Assembly (NCBI GenBank): GCA_035626915.1
Contig: DASPMS010000011.1
Coordinates: 16,179-80,178, forward strand
DNA from: Opitutaceae bacterium
Lineage (GTDB): Bacteria > Verrucomicrobiota > Verrucomicrobiia > Opitutales > Opitutaceae
Length of the DNA stretch: 64,000 nt
Direction: 5' to 3'
The position numbers were made by a program, and so were the translations under genes. The notes under the pieces are model-generated. The model did not search any database. It was not told the DNA's origin and was given only the letters and a program-made list of their open reading frames with translations. Below, piece by piece: positions 63,097 through 64,000 of this stretch. Every line of letters begins with the position of its first letter. Position 1 is the first letter of the stretch.

Positions 63097-64000
63097 CTAG
63101 TGCGACATCGCGGCCGGCCGCAACCGCAGGAAGATCCAGAACCCGATCGGATTCTTTCCGTAGATCGCGTCCAGGTCGTCCGGGACGATGGAGTAGGTCG
63201 CCGAGGCGCCCAGCGCCAATTGGTACGGACGCCCGGAAACGATTTCCCGCGTGAAGCCCGCGCTCAGCTGCCGCACCCGGATGATCCGATCGTCGGGCAG
63301 CACCGCGAGCTCCTCGCCGGTTTTCTCCACGTGCTCGGCGCGCGCGAAGATCGAATACGGCGCCGCCATGTACGCGGTTTCGAGCAGGAAGGCGTCCGTC
63401 GGCTGATGACCATGGTCGTTCCGGCCCCAGGCCAGCGTGGTGGCGAGATGCCGCCCGTTCCCGAGTTTGTGGAGATTCATGACGGAGGCGGTCGTGCGCC
63501 GCAGGTGTTCCTCGGGATGCAGCTCCTCCGGGCTGTCGAGGTATCCGTGGGAAACTTGCAGGCTCCAAGCCGCGGAAGGATTCCACGAGAGCCGCCCCGA
63601 ATGGGAATCGAGGTTCGGCTTCTCGATGTCCCAGCGGTCCTCGTCGGGTTCGCGCCCGTTGAACCACGAGCCTTCGATCTGCCAGGGACCGCGGGCGATT
63701 CCGGCCGTCAGCACGCCGAACGAAATATGGGAGGAATCGATCCAGTGGTGGCTGATCGGAGCCGCCGGATTCTCCATCGCCGACATCCGGTGGGGAAAGG
63801 CCGGGGGCCCCAGCGCCGGCTCTCCGGCGGGGGCGACATACACCGAGATCGCCGTGTCGGGCGCCACTTCGCGGCGGTACAACGCGGCCAGCTCCATGAA
63901 CAGATCGTGCGGGTGCTGGCGGTCGATGAGGGGTTCCCCGTGGTAGGCCTCGCCCGACTGGAAGAGGAGCGGATAGCCGCGCGCCGTGGTGGTCCACGGC
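63097..64000 (-). CDS. Hypothetical protein, 5'-truncated by the window end
   Basis: The track ORF is 63097..63897. The same frame stays open upstream to the window edge (...GYPLLFQSGEAYHGEPLIDRQHPHDLFMELAALY...). The alternating-polarity C-terminal half hints at a beta-barrel, but no family is recognised. Confidence 0.55.
   Translation of the reverse strand, partial: PWTTTARGYPLLFQSGEAYHGEPLIDRQHPHDLFMELAALYRREVAPDTAISVYVAPAGEPALGPPAFPHRMSAMENPAAPISHHWIDSSHISFGVLTAGIARGPWQIEGSWFNGREPDEDRWDIEKPNLDSHSGRLSWNPSAAWSLQVSHGYLDSPEELHPEEHLRRTTASVMNLHKLGNGRHLATTLAWGRNDHGHQPTDAFLLETAYMAAPYSIFARAEHVEKTGEELAVLPDDRIIRVRQLSAGFTREIVSGRPYQLALGASATYSIVPDDLDAIYGKNPIGFWIFLRLRPAAMSH

Noticed and set aside
1-64000. 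tRNA, rRNA, tmRNA, RNase P, SRP RNA, and transposase / integrase / phage genes
   Set aside because: I recognised none while reading both strands. By-eye scanning cannot exclude small structured RNAs, so tRNAscan-SE and Infernal/Rfam should be run, especially on 13000-13660, 21619-22794, 26917-27277 and 61486-61792.

Overview
The window is about 70% GC, with dense coding and no rRNA, tRNA, CRISPR array, transposase or integrase that I could recognise by eye. Gene content and the style of the large TonB-dependent receptor suggest a Verrucomicrobiota/Opitutaceae-like chromosome; this is a low-confidence inference. All homology calls come from recognising family motifs in the supplied translations, not from searches. 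The high GC generates many long Arg/Ala/Gly/Pro-rich shadow ORFs (up to 1698 aa), which I rejected.

Layout:
- 1-2.6 kb: opgH / small ORF / opgG periplasmic glucan operon.
- 2.6-21.6 kb: a stretch unusually rich in small stress-type proteins. These are CsbD, two DUF2934, DUF4142, DUF2892, glutaredoxin, YciE/YciF-like DUF892, DUF305 and a PRC-barrel protein. It also holds a leucine-free Arg/Asp/Gly/aromatic disordered protein, a protamine-like Ser/Arg/Gly ORF convergently overlapping a type IB topoisomerase, and a TonB receptor / YfiR-like / CHASE8-type histidine kinase module.
- 21.6-23.2 kb: a lower-GC, gene-poor patch with two orphan small ORFs and a 21-bp tandem repeat.
- 23.3-30.7 kb: miscellaneous hydrolases, rpoZ, and a fatty-acid-hydroxylase::hemolysin-III (PAQR) fusion.
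- 30.8-61.5 kb: a lyase-based polysaccharide / amino-sugar utilisation region. It contains two SSS transporters flanking an 1153-aa TonB receptor, a heparinase II/III-like lyase, a PL1-like pectate lyase, GH1, a CE7 esterase, a Gfo/Idh/MocA oxidoreductase, a beta-lactamase-fold::BNR-propeller fusion, a LacI regulator, long-form NagB, a PIG-L deacetylase, a NahK-like kinase and a GalE-like epimerase.

Most interesting sequence-level signals:
- A recurring roughly 18-bp palindromic operator-like motif (core CAAATGCGCATTTG) in six promoter regions of that catabolic region.
- A sequence-conserved family of bidirectional terminator-like palindromes, one of them a perfect 46-bp palindrome.
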